DNA of 64,000 nt from Bacteroidales bacterium (GTDB lineage: Bacteria; Bacteroidota; Bacteroidia; Bacteroidales; UBA932), in assembly GCA_029009115.1 (NCBI GenBank), contig JAQXJU010000065.1:11336-75335 (forward strand), read 5' to 3'. The notes beneath the pieces are model-generated. The model was not told the DNA's origin, searched no databases, and saw only the letters and a program-made list of their open reading frames with translations. Positions within the stretch are counted from its first letter, which is position 1. Each line of letters begins with the position of its first letter. Both the position numbers and the translations under genes were made by a program. Positions 36,823 to 46,590 of the stretch are shown here, in pieces.

Positions 36823-37872
36823 ATGCATATGATTCAGGAGATACTTACCGATGCGATCCGCAGCTCCGTTCTGATTTCGGGGCTTGTGGTGGTAATGATG
36901 ATGCTGATAGAATCGCTGAACATCGACTCCAGAGGCGACTTCTTCTCCGGACTCAGGCGCAGCCGCCTTGGACAAGTCGTCATATCGGCATTCCTCGGAA
37001 TTATCCCCGGCTGTATGGGCGGATTCGCTTCGGTATCTCTATATACCCACGGCATACTCAGTTTCGGTGCTCTTGTGGCAATGATGATAGCCTCATCCGG
37101 CGACGAAGCCTTTGTGCTTCTGGCAACAGTTCCCGACAAGGCTTTTATGATTTTCCTGATTCTCTTTGTCCTGGCAGTCGCCGTGGGATTCGCCGTTGAT
37201 CTCATCTTCCCCCGCAAGCGAAGCTCGGTGAGCTGCACTATGGATTTGCACGACAGCACAGAGGTCGCCGAGAATCACGGAAGGCATCTGACCTGGCACA
37301 GGGCTCTGATGTTTGTTGGTGTGGCTGCATTCATCGCAGCGCTACTGGCCGGCTTTCTCGAACACGAAGAGCACGTGGAGCATCCCGAGACAGGTATCGT
37401 GAACCTTCTCAGCGAAGATTGGATGTACTGGCTGTTCGGTGCTCTCAGTCTGCTCGTGCTGGCAGTGCTCATTTTCGGTAACGACCATTTTGTAGAAGAA
37501 CACCTCTGGCACCACATCGTGGTTAAGCATCTTCCTTCGGTTTTCTGCTGGACCTTCGGGGTTCTCGTGGCTCTGGGAGTGCTGATGCAAGTGGTGGATA
37601 TCAGCTCCTGGATAAGTTCGAACACCGCCCTGATGATTCTTCTCGCGGCGCTGGTGGGAATTATCCCCGAGTCGGGACCGCATCTCGTGTTCGTGACCCT
37701 CTATGCCAGCGGGATAGTACCTCTGCCCGTGCTTCTCGCCAGCTGCATCAGCCAGGATGGGCATGCATCCCTGCCACTGCTTGCCGAGAGCAAGAAGGAC
37801 TTTCTTCTGGCAAAGTCGGTCAATCTGATAGTTGCAATTGCTGTGGGCTTTGCCGCAATGCTTGTATGTTGA
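36823..37872 (+). CDS. Polytopic membrane protein, possibly of the putative 10-TM metal-exporter (ArsP_2-like) family
   Basis: About 349 aa from the ATG at 36823 (the track start at 36811 is TTG). It has roughly 10 hydrophobic segments, the motifs GIIPGCMGGFASVSLY and GIIPESGPHLVFVTLY, and a His/Glu-rich loop (EHEEHVEHPE). The family call comes from memory of these motifs only. Confidence 0.45.
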   Translation: MHMIQEILTDAIRSSVLISGLVVVMMMLIESLNIDSRGDFFSGLRRSRLGQVVISAFLGIIPGCMGGFASVSLYTHGILSFGALVAMMIASSGDEAFVLLATVPDKAFMIFLILFVLAVAVGFAVDLIFPRKRSSVSCTMDLHDSTEVAENHGRHLTWHRALMFVGVAAFIAALLAGFLEHEEHVEHPETGIVNLLSEDWMYWLFGALSLLVLAVLIFGNDHFVEEHLWHHIVVKHLPSVFCWTFGVLVALGVLMQVVDISSWISSNTALMILLAALVGIIPESGPHLVFVTLYASGIVPLPVLLASCISQDGHASLPLLAESKKDFLLAKSVNLIVAIAVGFAAMLVC

Positions 37873-37911
37873 TCTCAATTACCGTCTGATTATTAACCAA
37901 ATAACACTGAT

Positions 37912-39996
37912 ATGAACAGATTTCGATTAATCTTTATGGCATTAGCCATGATGGCAGGCATTTCGGCCACTGCCGCCGGCTCAGGTCTGTCTTCCCTCTC
38001 TTCCAAGGCAGCCGAATCCACCCCAGCCGCCAACAAACCCCTTAAGGTTCTGGCCATCGGAAACAGTTTTTCTGTCGATGCCGTTGAGCAGAACCTCTGG
38101 GAGATTGCCGCTGCCGATGGTGTCGAACTGATTATCGGCAATATGTACATAGGCGGATGCCCGCTTGAGAAGCATTGGAATAATGCCTCATCTGACAAAC
38201 CCGCATACAAGTACCGCAAGATTGTTGCAGGACAAAAGACAGAGTATCCCGAAACCAGTCTTGACACAGCCCTTTCAGACGAACAGTGGGATGTGGTTAC
38301 CTTCCAGCAGAACAGCCCCAACTCCGGATTCTACGAGACATTCAGTCCCTATCTCGAGAAACTGATCGAATACGTCAAGCTCAGGACCCCCAAGGGTGTA
38401 AGGCTGATGTTCCACCAGACCTGGGCTTATGAGAAGAACGCCATCCACTATGCCTTCCCCAGATACGAAAAGAACCAGAACAAGATGTTCAAGGCCATAG
38501 TCGAAGCCTCCAACCAGGCTTGCACCAGATATGGACTCGGGCTCATCCCCGTGGGAACAGCCATCCAGTGCGCGAGGGTGTCGGAACTCCGCAACAACGT
38601 GACCCGCGACGGTTATCACCTCAATCCAGTGGGCCGCTATATCGCTGCCTGCACCTGGTACGAAGCCCTCACGGGGCGCAGCGTTATCGGAAACAGCTAC
38701 GATGCCCCTCACGTCGAACCTTGGATGAAGCAGCTTGCGCAGGAAGCCGCCCACAGCAGCGTAAGCCAGCCCGGCAAGGCCATAAAAGTAGGCCCCGAGC
38801 CCAACCATACCAACCGTGATGAGGCCAACGTGCCCCGGTACACCCTGCCCGATCCCCTCGTGATGGAGGACGGAACTCCGGTCAGAACCCGCGAAGAGTG
38901 GTTCTCCGCCCGCAGGCCTGAACTTATGAAGATGTACACCGAGCTGATGTACGGAAAAGCTCCCGAAGTAAAGGGCGACCTCCACTTCAAACTCGTAGAA
39001 TCTTCGGAAGATGCCCTTGGCGGAAAGGCTGTCCGCAAGCAGGTAAAGCTCTATCTGTCGAAAGAAGAGCGCTACCGCCTCAACCTTCTCATCTATCTCC
39101 CCAAGGATGCCAGTGGGCCTGTGCCCGTTTTTATGGGAGTCAACTTCACCGGAAACTGGGGAGTCTGCGACGACCCCGCCATTGTTATGCCCAACGAGAA
39201 GGAGCAGAAGAGATACTCTGTCCTTGAGAATCTCGACCGGGGAGCATCTGCATCCCGCTGGCCTCTGGAACAGATTCTGTCGGCCGGATACGGGGTTGTG
39301 ACTTTCTACCGCGGCGATGTTGACCCTGACTTCCACGACGGATTCCACAACGGTATTACCCCTATGATTTACAAGAAGGGGCAGGATTGGCCCGAACCCG
39401 ACCAGTGGGGAGCGATTTCTGCCTGGGCCTGGGCTTTGAGCCGGACCCTTGACTACTGCGGACTCGACCCCGATATCGACGAGAAGAAGGTTGCGGTCAT
39501 AGGTCACTCACGCCTCGGAAAGGCAGCACTCTGGGCCGGAGCCACTGACGAGCGCTTTGCCGTAGTTATTTCCAACTGCTCGGGAGCGGGTGGAGCCGAT
39601 CTTTTCCGCCGTCAGTTCGGCGAGAGCGTTCAGGACCTCAACCGCCACTTCCCGCACTGGTTCTGCGCCAATTTCCACAATTACAACGGCCGCGATTCCG
39701 AGCTCCCGTTCGACCAGCACGAACTTCTTGCCTGCATAGCTCCCCGTCCTCTATACATCGCCAGTGCCGATGCAGATTCCTGGGCAGACCCCAAGGGAGA
39801 GTTCCTTGCCGCCAGAGAGGCCTCGAAGGTCTATGAATTCCTCGGAGTTCCGGGGCTGGCAGTGAGCGAGTGGCCTGCAGTAGAGCTTCCCTCCATCGAA
39901 GGTAACGTCGCCTATCACCTGCGTGAGGGTAAGCACGACATAACCCTCTATGACTGGCAGAATTACATTCTTTTTGCAGACAAGTACCTGAAGTAG
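37912..39996 (+). CDS. Two-domain carbohydrate esterase: N-terminal DUF4886/SGNH-like domain plus C-terminal CE15-like glucuronoyl esterase
   Basis: 694 aa with a signal peptide. The N-domain has LKVLAIGNSFSVDAVEQNLWEIA and RDGYHLN. The C-domain has GHSRLGKAALWAGATDERFAVVISNCSGAGGA, the CE15 nucleophile-Ser motif in its G-x-S-R-x-G form. Confidence 0.7.
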   Translation: MNRFRLIFMALAMMAGISATAAGSGLSSLSSKAAESTPAANKPLKVLAIGNSFSVDAVEQNLWEIAAADGVELIIGNMYIGGCPLEKHWNNASSDKPAYKYRKIVAGQKTEYPETSLDTALSDEQWDVVTFQQNSPNSGFYETFSPYLEKLIEYVKLRTPKGVRLMFHQTWAYEKNAIHYAFPRYEKNQNKMFKAIVEASNQACTRYGLGLIPVGTAIQCARVSELRNNVTRDGYHLNPVGRYIAACTWYEALTGRSVIGNSYDAPHVEPWMKQLAQEAAHSSVSQPGKAIKVGPEPNHTNRDEANVPRYTLPDPLVMEDGTPVRTREEWFSARRPELMKMYTELMYGKAPEVKGDLHFKLVESSEDALGGKAVRKQVKLYLSKEERYRLNLLIYLPKDASGPVPVFMGVNFTGNWGVCDDPAIVMPNEKEQKRYSVLENLDRGASASRWPLEQILSAGYGVVTFYRGDVDPDFHDGFHNGITPMIYKKGQDWPEPDQWGAISAWAWALSRTLDYCGLDPDIDEKKVAVIGHSRLGKAALWAGATDERFAVVISNCSGAGGADLFRRQFGESVQDLNRHFPHWFCANFHNYNGRDSELPFDQHELLACIAPRPLYIASADADSWADPKGEFLAAREASKVYEFLGVPGLAVSEWPAVELPSIEGNVAYHLREGKHDITLYDWQNYILFADKYLK

Positions 39997-40512
39997 ATGG
40001 TATTCTTCTACAGGCAGATAGATTCGCTTCCGAAAGAAGAGGCAAAGATTCCGGACGGCCTCCGAGTAAGGGTGCGCCGTCCGGCGTCTTATGTCGAGGG
40101 GATGAGCGAGATGAATCTCGGGCGGCGGATGAATGAGTTATATTCGAGGCAGACTTTCAGGAGCAAAGGCCTGTTGAGGACCTTTAAAGAATTCGATCTG
40201 ATGCGCGGAGATAAGATTCTCTGCAAGGCACTGTTGATATCAAAGATTCCTGAATACGAATTCCTGCCTTCTGACGGGGTTCACCTCTGCTACTGCGAGA
40301 CTGCCTCCGACGAGAGGGGTAAAGGATACTATCCTATGCTGCTGCGGCATATCAGGGCACGTTATCCCCGCAAGGACCTGCAGATGATTGTCTATGAGGA
40401 TAATACAGCCAGCATCAAAGGGATAGAGAAGGCTGGGTTCATCCGTTATGCCGAAGGCCGGAAAACTTCTGACGGCCGCTTTGTCATAACCGCAAGATAC
40501 TTCCCTGAATGA
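39997..40512 (+). CDS. GNAT-family N-acetyltransferase
   Basis: 171 aa. ETASDERGKGYYPMLLRHI (acetyl-CoA pocket-like R/Q-x-x-G-x-G/A) and NTASIKGIEKAGF. The ATG directly follows the upstream TAG. Confidence 0.6.
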   Translation: MVFFYRQIDSLPKEEAKIPDGLRVRVRRPASYVEGMSEMNLGRRMNELYSRQTFRSKGLLRTFKEFDLMRGDKILCKALLISKIPEYEFLPSDGVHLCYCETASDERGKGYYPMLLRHIRARYPRKDLQMIVYEDNTASIKGIEKAGFIRYAEGRKTSDGRFVITARYFPE

Positions 40513-40551
40513 AACGCCCAAGTAATAACTCGACTCCATAACAATACTATT

Positions 40552-41868
40552 ATGAAAAAGTTTTTTAGTCTTGCTGCAGCTTCAGTCTTGCTGCTTGCGT
40601 CTTTCTCTTCTTGTCAATTCAGTGACTCTGCCGAAGATACGTTTGTCTCTATTGTATGCACAACAGCCCAGGCAAGCGAGATTACCATCGACTCGGCAAG
40701 TCTGAATGGAACAGTACAGCTTAGCAATGCAAAAGCAGAGCAGGCAGAACTGTGGTTTATGATTGGCCAGGACGAAAATACTCTGGCTGAAAGCGGAGAA
40801 AAGATTTCGGCTGGAACTATCTCCTCCAAAGGAGGCACCGTTTCGGCAAGCGTCAGCAATCTGCAAGCTCAGACCACATACTATTATATGCTTTGCGCTT
40901 CTATAGATGGGAAGCAAGCTTCAGGAGAGGCTGTATCGTTCACCACTCTTCCTAAGCCGAAGGAGACAATAGTAACTCTTACGACAGGACAGGCAAGCGG
41001 AGTCACCTGTTTCATCGCAAAACTGAATGGCTCCCTGACTGTTGAAAGCGAAAAACAGCTATCGCAATCAGTGAGTTTTCTTTACAGCGATTCAGCAAGA
41101 ACAGTAGAGGAACTGAAGGCATCCGGAAAGAAAGTGCCAGCTGAATTGACCGAAGACGGCTCGTTCACAAGCGCACTGAGTAAATTGGGAAGCAATACTA
41201 CTTACTTCTACGTTGCCTGTGCAGAAGTTTCCGAAAAGGAGTATTATGGAGAAGTCAAGAGTTTCAAAACGGTGGATCTTCATTTGGAGGCAGTTGATAT
41301 GGGCTTGTCTGTAAAGTGGGCTTCAAGCAATCTCGGAGCTGCAAAACCTGAAGATTATGGAGATTACTATGCTTGGGGCGAAATCGAGCCCAAAGACAAC
41401 TATGACTGGAATACATACAAGTGGTGTGATGATTCAAAACTTTTTGACAAACTGACAAAGTATAACAATATGCCTGATTACGGCACAGTTGACAACAAGA
41501 CCAGACTTGATCTGGATACAGATGATGTTGCACGTGTCCTGTTAGGAGAAAAATGGCGGATGCCTGAAGAAGAAGATTTTGAATCTCTGAGAACAAACTG
41601 TACCTGGAAGTGGACTCAGTTGAATGGAGTAAACGGATATCTTGCCACCAGTAAAAAGAATGGTGCAAGCATCTTCTTACCTGCTGCCGGTTACCGTCGT
41701 TATGGCGAGCTCGAGAATGCCGGCTCCCATGGCTACTATTGGTCTGCAACTCTGTTTTTGAACTTACCGGAATACGCCAGGTGCCTGGATCTCACCTCTG
41801 ACGATTTCTTTGTGAACCACAAAAATCGTTTCTTTGGCTTCCCTATCCGTCCTGTTCAGATAAATTGA
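40552..41868 (+). CDS. Surface lipoprotein with two Fn3-like repeats and a C-terminal FISUMP-like domain
   Basis: 438 aa with a lipobox (LASFSSCQ). Two modules of about 100 aa end in TTYYYMLCA...AVSFTT and TTYFYVACA...VKSFKT. C-terminal motifs are VKWASSNLGA, YYAWGE, WRMPEEEDFESL, FLPAAGYR, GYYWSATL and GFPIRPV. Confidence 0.65.
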   Translation: MKKFFSLAAASVLLLASFSSCQFSDSAEDTFVSIVCTTAQASEITIDSASLNGTVQLSNAKAEQAELWFMIGQDENTLAESGEKISAGTISSKGGTVSASVSNLQAQTTYYYMLCASIDGKQASGEAVSFTTLPKPKETIVTLTTGQASGVTCFIAKLNGSLTVESEKQLSQSVSFLYSDSARTVEELKASGKKVPAELTEDGSFTSALSKLGSNTTYFYVACAEVSEKEYYGEVKSFKTVDLHLEAVDMGLSVKWASSNLGAAKPEDYGDYYAWGEIEPKDNYDWNTYKWCDDSKLFDKLTKYNNMPDYGTVDNKTRLDLDTDDVARVLLGEKWRMPEEEDFESLRTNCTWKWTQLNGVNGYLATSKKNGASIFLPAAGYRRYGELENAGSHGYYWSATLFLNLPEYARCLDLTSDDFFVNHKNRFFGFPIRPVQIN

Positions 41869-41889
41869 CGGGCATAGGCTTTTAGTAAT

Positions 41890-41933
41890 TCAAGCGTTTT
41901 TCCTGTCCGCCGGGCGGGTGACGCTTGATTTTT
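41890..41933 (+). terminator. Probable rho-independent terminator
   Basis: Stem TCAAGCGT...ACGCTTGA enclosing a GC-rich inner hairpin, followed by TTTTT. A TATCTTTG box follows at 41936-41943. Confidence 0.6.
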
Positions 41934-41949
41934 GTTATCTTTGTGGGCT

Positions 41950-42825
41950 ATGCATAACAAGAAATTCGAGATCCTGTCGAAGGAAATGCTGACCGCAGCA
42001 ACCTGCAGGATGAAAATCAGTGCTCCAAGGATTGCATCTGCCGCACAGCCAGGACAGTTCCTCATTGTCCGAGCCGACGAGAAAGGCGAAAGAATCCCTC
42101 TTACAATCAGTGATTACAACTCAGACGAAGGTACAGTGACGATAGTGACCCAGTCAATAGGGGTCTCATCAGGCCATATCAATTCCTTCAGCGAGGGAGA
42201 GTGCTTTGCCGACGTGGTCGGCCCCCTGGGATTACCTTCAGAATTCATCGAGTACAGTCCCGAGAGACTCCGCAGCGAGAGTTATGTGTTCATCGCCGGA
42301 GGTCTGGGGACAGCTCCTGTATATCCCCAGGTGCGCTGGCTCAAGGAGCACGGAGCATCAGTGGATGTGATTATCGGTGCCCGCAGCAAGGACCTTCTGA
42401 TTTATACCGAAGAGATGGCCTCGGTCTGCGACAATCTGTATCTGTGCACCGACGACGGTTCCTGCGGATTCCACGGAGTAGGCACTGCGCAGCTTGAGGC
42501 TCTTGTTGCCCAGGGAAAGAATTATACCCGCTGCGTGGCAATTGGGCCTATGATAATGATGAAGTTTTCTACCCTGACCTGCAAGAAATTGGGTATTCCC
42601 ATTACGGTGAGTCTCAATACCCTGATGGTGGACGGAACCGGGATGTGCGGGGCGTGCAGGGTTAGCGTTGCCGGAAAGATGCGTTTCGCCTGTGTTGAGG
42701 GCCCCGAGTTCGACGGCTTCGAGGTCGATTTCGACGAGGCTATGCGTCGCCAGGGTCAGTACCGCCTCGAAGAAAAGGAAGCTTCTGCGATGGAAGAACA
42801 TAAATGCAAGATAGGGAGGGGATAG
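41950..42825 (+). CDS. NfnA-like FAD/NAD(P)-binding oxidoreductase subunit (sulfide/dihydroorotate dehydrogenase-like; partner of GltD-like subunit)
   Basis: ATG at 41950 (MHNKKFEILSKE...). Motifs are PGQFLIVRADEKGERIPLTI, IAGGLGTAPVYP and a C-terminal Cys cluster (GTGMCGACRV...FACVEGPEF). Confidence 0.8.
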   Translation: MHNKKFEILSKEMLTAATCRMKISAPRIASAAQPGQFLIVRADEKGERIPLTISDYNSDEGTVTIVTQSIGVSSGHINSFSEGECFADVVGPLGLPSEFIEYSPERLRSESYVFIAGGLGTAPVYPQVRWLKEHGASVDVIIGARSKDLLIYTEEMASVCDNLYLCTDDGSCGFHGVGTAQLEALVAQGKNYTRCVAIGPMIMMKFSTLTCKKLGIPITVSLNTLMVDGTGMCGACRVSVAGKMRFACVEGPEFDGFEVDFDEAMRRQGQYRLEEKEASAMEEHKCKIGRG

Positions 42826-42828
42826 ACG

Positions 42829-44292
42829 ATGCCAGCAAGAATACCAAGAGTTCCGGTCCGCGAACAGGACCCGAAGGTAAGAGCAAGAAACTTTGATGAA
42901 GTCTGCTACGGATACAATGTCGAGGAAGCCAGAACCGAAGCATCCAGATGCCTTGGTTGCCGCAATCCAAGATGCGTAGCTGCATGCCCCGTAGGAATCA
43001 GCATTCCCGAATTCATAGCCCAGGTCAATTCCGGAGACTTCAGAGCCGCAGCCAGGGTGATAGCCCGAGACTCCAGCCTTCCTGCCGTATGTGGTCGCGT
43101 ATGTCCTCAGGAAACCCAGTGCGAGGGCAGTTGCATACTCGGAGTCAAGAGTGAGCCGGTTGCTATCGGCAAGCTTGAACGCTTTGTTGCAGACTGGAAT
43201 CGCGAGAATCCTGAGCCCGCGCCCGCAGACTCCGGAGCCACCCCCGGAGTCGCCCCTGGAGGCCCCGCCCTCGGAGCCCCCGCGCCCGCAGAGTCCGCAA
43301 CCCCTGACTCCGCATCTCACGCCACCAAGGTCGCCGTAGTGGGTTCGGGACCTGCCGGACTTGCCTGTGCGAGCGACCTGGCCCGTCTCGGCTACGATGT
43401 GACCATCTTCGAGGCTCTCCACAAAGCAGGGGGAGTGTTGGAATACGGAATCCCTGAGTTCAGGCTTCCGAAGGATACCGTCCTGAAGGCCGAGATTGAT
43501 GAAGTCAGGGCTCTCGGGGTCAAGATTGAAACAGATGTCATTATTGGCAGGACCATAACCGTAGATCAGCTCTTTGATGAGGAAGGCTTCAGCGCCGTGT
43601 TCATAGGGACAGGTGCAGGTCTGCCAAAGTTTATGGGGATACCAGGCGAGAACCTGAACGGAGTATTTTCTGCCAACGAATTCCTGACCCGTAACAATCT
43701 GATGAAGGCTTTCCGGGAAGACTATCTTACTCCCATTCACGCGGGAAAGAAGTGCTGCGTTGTGGGAGGAGGAAATGTGGCGATGGATGCCGCCAGAACT
43801 GCCCTCAGGCTCGGTGCCGAGACTACCATAGTATATCGCCGCACCGAGAAGGAGCTTCCGGCCCGTGTCGAGGAGGTGCATCACGCCAGGCAGGAAGGAG
43901 TTGAATTTGCTATGCTCACCAACCCTGTGGAGATACTCTCCGACGACAAAGGCTGGGTTCGTGCCCTCAGATGTGTCAGAATGGAGCTCGGCGAAGCGGA
44001 TGAGTCTGGCCGAAGGTCGCCTGTCCCCATTGAGGGCTCGGAGTTTGAGATTCCTACCGAGGTGGTGATTATGGCACTTGGAACATCTCCCAATCCTCTT
44101 ATTTCAACGACGACTCCCGGTTTGCAGACAACGCGGCGCGGGTGCCTCGTGGCCTCCGACGACGGAGCCACGACGCGCCCCGGCGTGTTCGCCGGCGGTG
44201 ACGCTGTCACCGGCGCCGCTACCGTCATCCTGGCAATGGGAGCCGGTCGCAAAGCTGCTGCCGCAATAGACGCCTACCTCAAGGCCCTGTAA
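42829..44292 (+). CDS. NfnB/GltD-like NADPH-dependent oxidoreductase (glutamate synthase small-chain family)
   Basis: 487 aa with CLGCRNPRCVAACPV, CGRVCPQETQCEGSC, VAVVGSGPAGLACASDLARLG and VVGGGNVAMDAART. A low-complexity insert precedes the FAD-binding motif. Confidence 0.88.
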   Translation: MPARIPRVPVREQDPKVRARNFDEVCYGYNVEEARTEASRCLGCRNPRCVAACPVGISIPEFIAQVNSGDFRAAARVIARDSSLPAVCGRVCPQETQCEGSCILGVKSEPVAIGKLERFVADWNRENPEPAPADSGATPGVAPGGPALGAPAPAESATPDSASHATKVAVVGSGPAGLACASDLARLGYDVTIFEALHKAGGVLEYGIPEFRLPKDTVLKAEIDEVRALGVKIETDVIIGRTITVDQLFDEEGFSAVFIGTGAGLPKFMGIPGENLNGVFSANEFLTRNNLMKAFREDYLTPIHAGKKCCVVGGGNVAMDAARTALRLGAETTIVYRRTEKELPARVEEVHHARQEGVEFAMLTNPVEILSDDKGWVRALRCVRMELGEADESGRRSPVPIEGSEFEIPTEVVIMALGTSPNPLISTTTPGLQTTRRGCLVASDDGATTRPGVFAGGDAVTGAATVILAMGAGRKAAAAIDAYLKAL

Positions 44293-44470
44293 CACGCTAC
44301 CTCCTCCCGGCTCGCTTGGTCCCTGGGTAGCTCTCCGGTTGGTTCCGGCCTATCCTCGGCCCCCGGCAAGCCCCCGGTCCTCAATCGGCCCGACAGAGCC
44401 CCCTCCTCCCGGTGCCCCTCCCGGCCCGACAGATCCCCCTCCCCCCGGAGCCCCTCCCGGCAGCCTACTG
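44293..44470 (+). repeat. C-rich intergenic tract (G-tracts on the minus strand) with a 36-bp direct duplication
   Basis: CGGCCCGACAGAGCCCCCTCCTCCCGGTGCCCCTCC is followed by CGGCCCGACAGATCCCCCTCCCCCCGGAGCCCCTCC (about 44387-44458). There are many C3-C6 runs. Confidence 0.8.
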
Positions 44471-44493
44471 CTAAATGAATGAAACAGAACAAT

Positions 44494-46590
44494 ATGAAAT
44501 TTACAACATCGCTTGCGGCCTGTCTGTTCCTGGCCGCGTCAATCACATCCTGCAAGATGCAACAGAACCCTCTTCTTTCCGAATCGGCCCTGCCATTCGG
44601 TGCTCCCCAGTTCGACAAGATCAAAACCTCAGATTATCTTCCCGCATTCCAGCAGGCGATTGCCTCCGGAAAGGCAGAAATAGATGCCATAGTAGCTAAT
44701 CCCGACGCTCCGACCTTCGAGAATACCATCGAGGCTCTCGAGTTCAGCGGAGCCGCTCTAGACAAGGTGGCTTCCATCTTCTACAACCTTATGGAAGCCG
44801 ACACGAACGAAGAGATGCAGCAGCTCGCCGAGCAGCTTTCGCCTATGATGACCGAATATTCTTTGTATATCTCGTTGAACGAGAAGCTGTTCGAGCGTAT
44901 CAAGGCAGTATGGGAGCAGCGCGAATCCCTCAATCTTGCCAAGGACCAACAGCGCCTCCTCGAAAAAACATACAAGAGTTTCGTCCGCGGCGGCGCCAAT
45001 CTCGACCCCGAGCAGAAGAGCCGATACAGCGCTCTCAGCGAAGAGATTTCTCTCCTTCAGCTGCAGTTCGGAAAGAATCTGCTTGCCGCCACCAACGCTT
45101 TCACCCTCGACCTCACTGACGAAAGCCAGCTTGCCGGATTGCCCCAGTACGTAATAGATATGGGTGCGTCCACCGCCGCCGAGAAAGGCAAGAGCGGATG
45201 GGTTTACGACCTCACTGCTCCGAGCTATCTTCCGTTTATGAAGTTCAGCACCCGTCGCGATCTTCGCGAGACACTCTACAAGGCCTACCGCAGCCGCAGT
45301 GTCTCGGGCGAATTCGACAACCGCGAGGTTTGCGCCCAGATAGCAAGCAAGCGTATTGAGGTAGCCAATCTCCTCGGATACAAGACCTACGCCGACTATG
45401 TCCTCGACGACAGAATGCTCGGCAGCGTGCAGAAAGTCCGCGAGTTTATGGCAGAGCTCTCCGAACCCTCTCTCCCCATTGCACGCAAGGAGGTAGCCAC
45501 CGTCGAGGCCTATGCCCGCCGCAACGGATTCACCGAGGCCGTCTTCCAGCCATGGGATTTCACCTATTGGTCCGAGAAGTACCGTGCCGAGGCGTATGAC
45601 CTCTCCGACGAGGAACTAAAGCCCTACTTCCGCCTCGAAGACTGCATCGATGCCGTTCTGGGTCTGGCTACCCGTCTTTATGGCATTAGCTTCAACGAGC
45701 GCAAAGATATCCCCGTTTACCACAAGGACGTAAAGGTCTATGAGGTGTCAGACTCCGACGGAAGGCATCTGGCACTCTTTTACTGCGACTTCTTTCCTCG
45801 CGAGAGCAAGAGGGGAGGAGCCTGGATGACCGAATTCCGCGGGCAGAGCATACGTAACGGCGTTGAGATGCGCCCCTTCATCTCCATAGTATGCAATCTG
45901 TCCAAGCCCACCGCCAGCGCACCTTCTCTGCTGACCCACGACGAACTCACCACCTTCCTCCACGAGTTTGGCCATTCGCTTCACGGAATTCTTGCCGAAG
46001 GCCGCTACGGATCGCTTACCGGTACCAATGTTGACCACGACTTCGTTGAACTTCCCTCGCAGATAATGGAGAACTTCGCCTTCCAGCCCGAGTGGCTCAA
46101 GACTTTTGCACGTCACTACGAGACAGGTGAGCTTATCTCCGACGAGCTCATTGCCAAGATAGTCGCTGCAAAGAACTATCTTTCAGCCTATTATCAGATA
46201 GGGCAGCTCCAGTACGGCACTATCGATATGGCGTGGCACACTCTTACCGAGGCTCCAACTGTCGATGCCGTCGAGTTTGAAAGGCAGGCAGTTTCCTCGC
46301 TCCGCACTCTTCCGAGTGTTCCCGGAACCTGCACTTCTACGTCATTCAGCCATATCTTCAAGGGAGGATACGCTGCCGGTTATTACTCCTACAAGTGGGC
46401 GGAGGTGCTCGAGGCTGATGCCTGGTCTCTATTCGAAGAGAAAGGGATCTTCAACCCCGAGGTTTCATCTGCCTTCCGCCGCGAGATACTCAGCCGCGGT
46501 TCCTCTGAAGACGAGGCTGTGATGTTCCGTAACTTCCGCGGACACGACCCCCAGCCCTCAGCCCTCCTGCACAAGCTCGGCATCAAGTAA
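44494..46590 (+). CDS. dcp: M3-family peptidyl-dipeptidase (Dcp-like), lipoprotein
   Basis: ATG at 44494 (MKFTTSLAACLFLAASITSCK). Zinc motif HEFGHSLHG. M3 length and layout. Confidence 0.88.
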   Translation: MKFTTSLAACLFLAASITSCKMQQNPLLSESALPFGAPQFDKIKTSDYLPAFQQAIASGKAEIDAIVANPDAPTFENTIEALEFSGAALDKVASIFYNLMEADTNEEMQQLAEQLSPMMTEYSLYISLNEKLFERIKAVWEQRESLNLAKDQQRLLEKTYKSFVRGGANLDPEQKSRYSALSEEISLLQLQFGKNLLAATNAFTLDLTDESQLAGLPQYVIDMGASTAAEKGKSGWVYDLTAPSYLPFMKFSTRRDLRETLYKAYRSRSVSGEFDNREVCAQIASKRIEVANLLGYKTYADYVLDDRMLGSVQKVREFMAELSEPSLPIARKEVATVEAYARRNGFTEAVFQPWDFTYWSEKYRAEAYDLSDEELKPYFRLEDCIDAVLGLATRLYGISFNERKDIPVYHKDVKVYEVSDSDGRHLALFYCDFFPRESKRGGAWMTEFRGQSIRNGVEMRPFISIVCNLSKPTASAPSLLTHDELTTFLHEFGHSLHGILAEGRYGSLTGTNVDHDFVELPSQIMENFAFQPEWLKTFARHYETGELISDELIAKIVAAKNYLSAYYQIGQLQYGTIDMAWHTLTEAPTVDAVEFERQAVSSLRTLPSVPGTCTSTSFSHIFKGGYAAGYYSYKWAEVLEADAWSLFEEKGIFNPEVSSAFRREILSRGSSEDEAVMFRNFRGHDPQPSALLHKLGIK

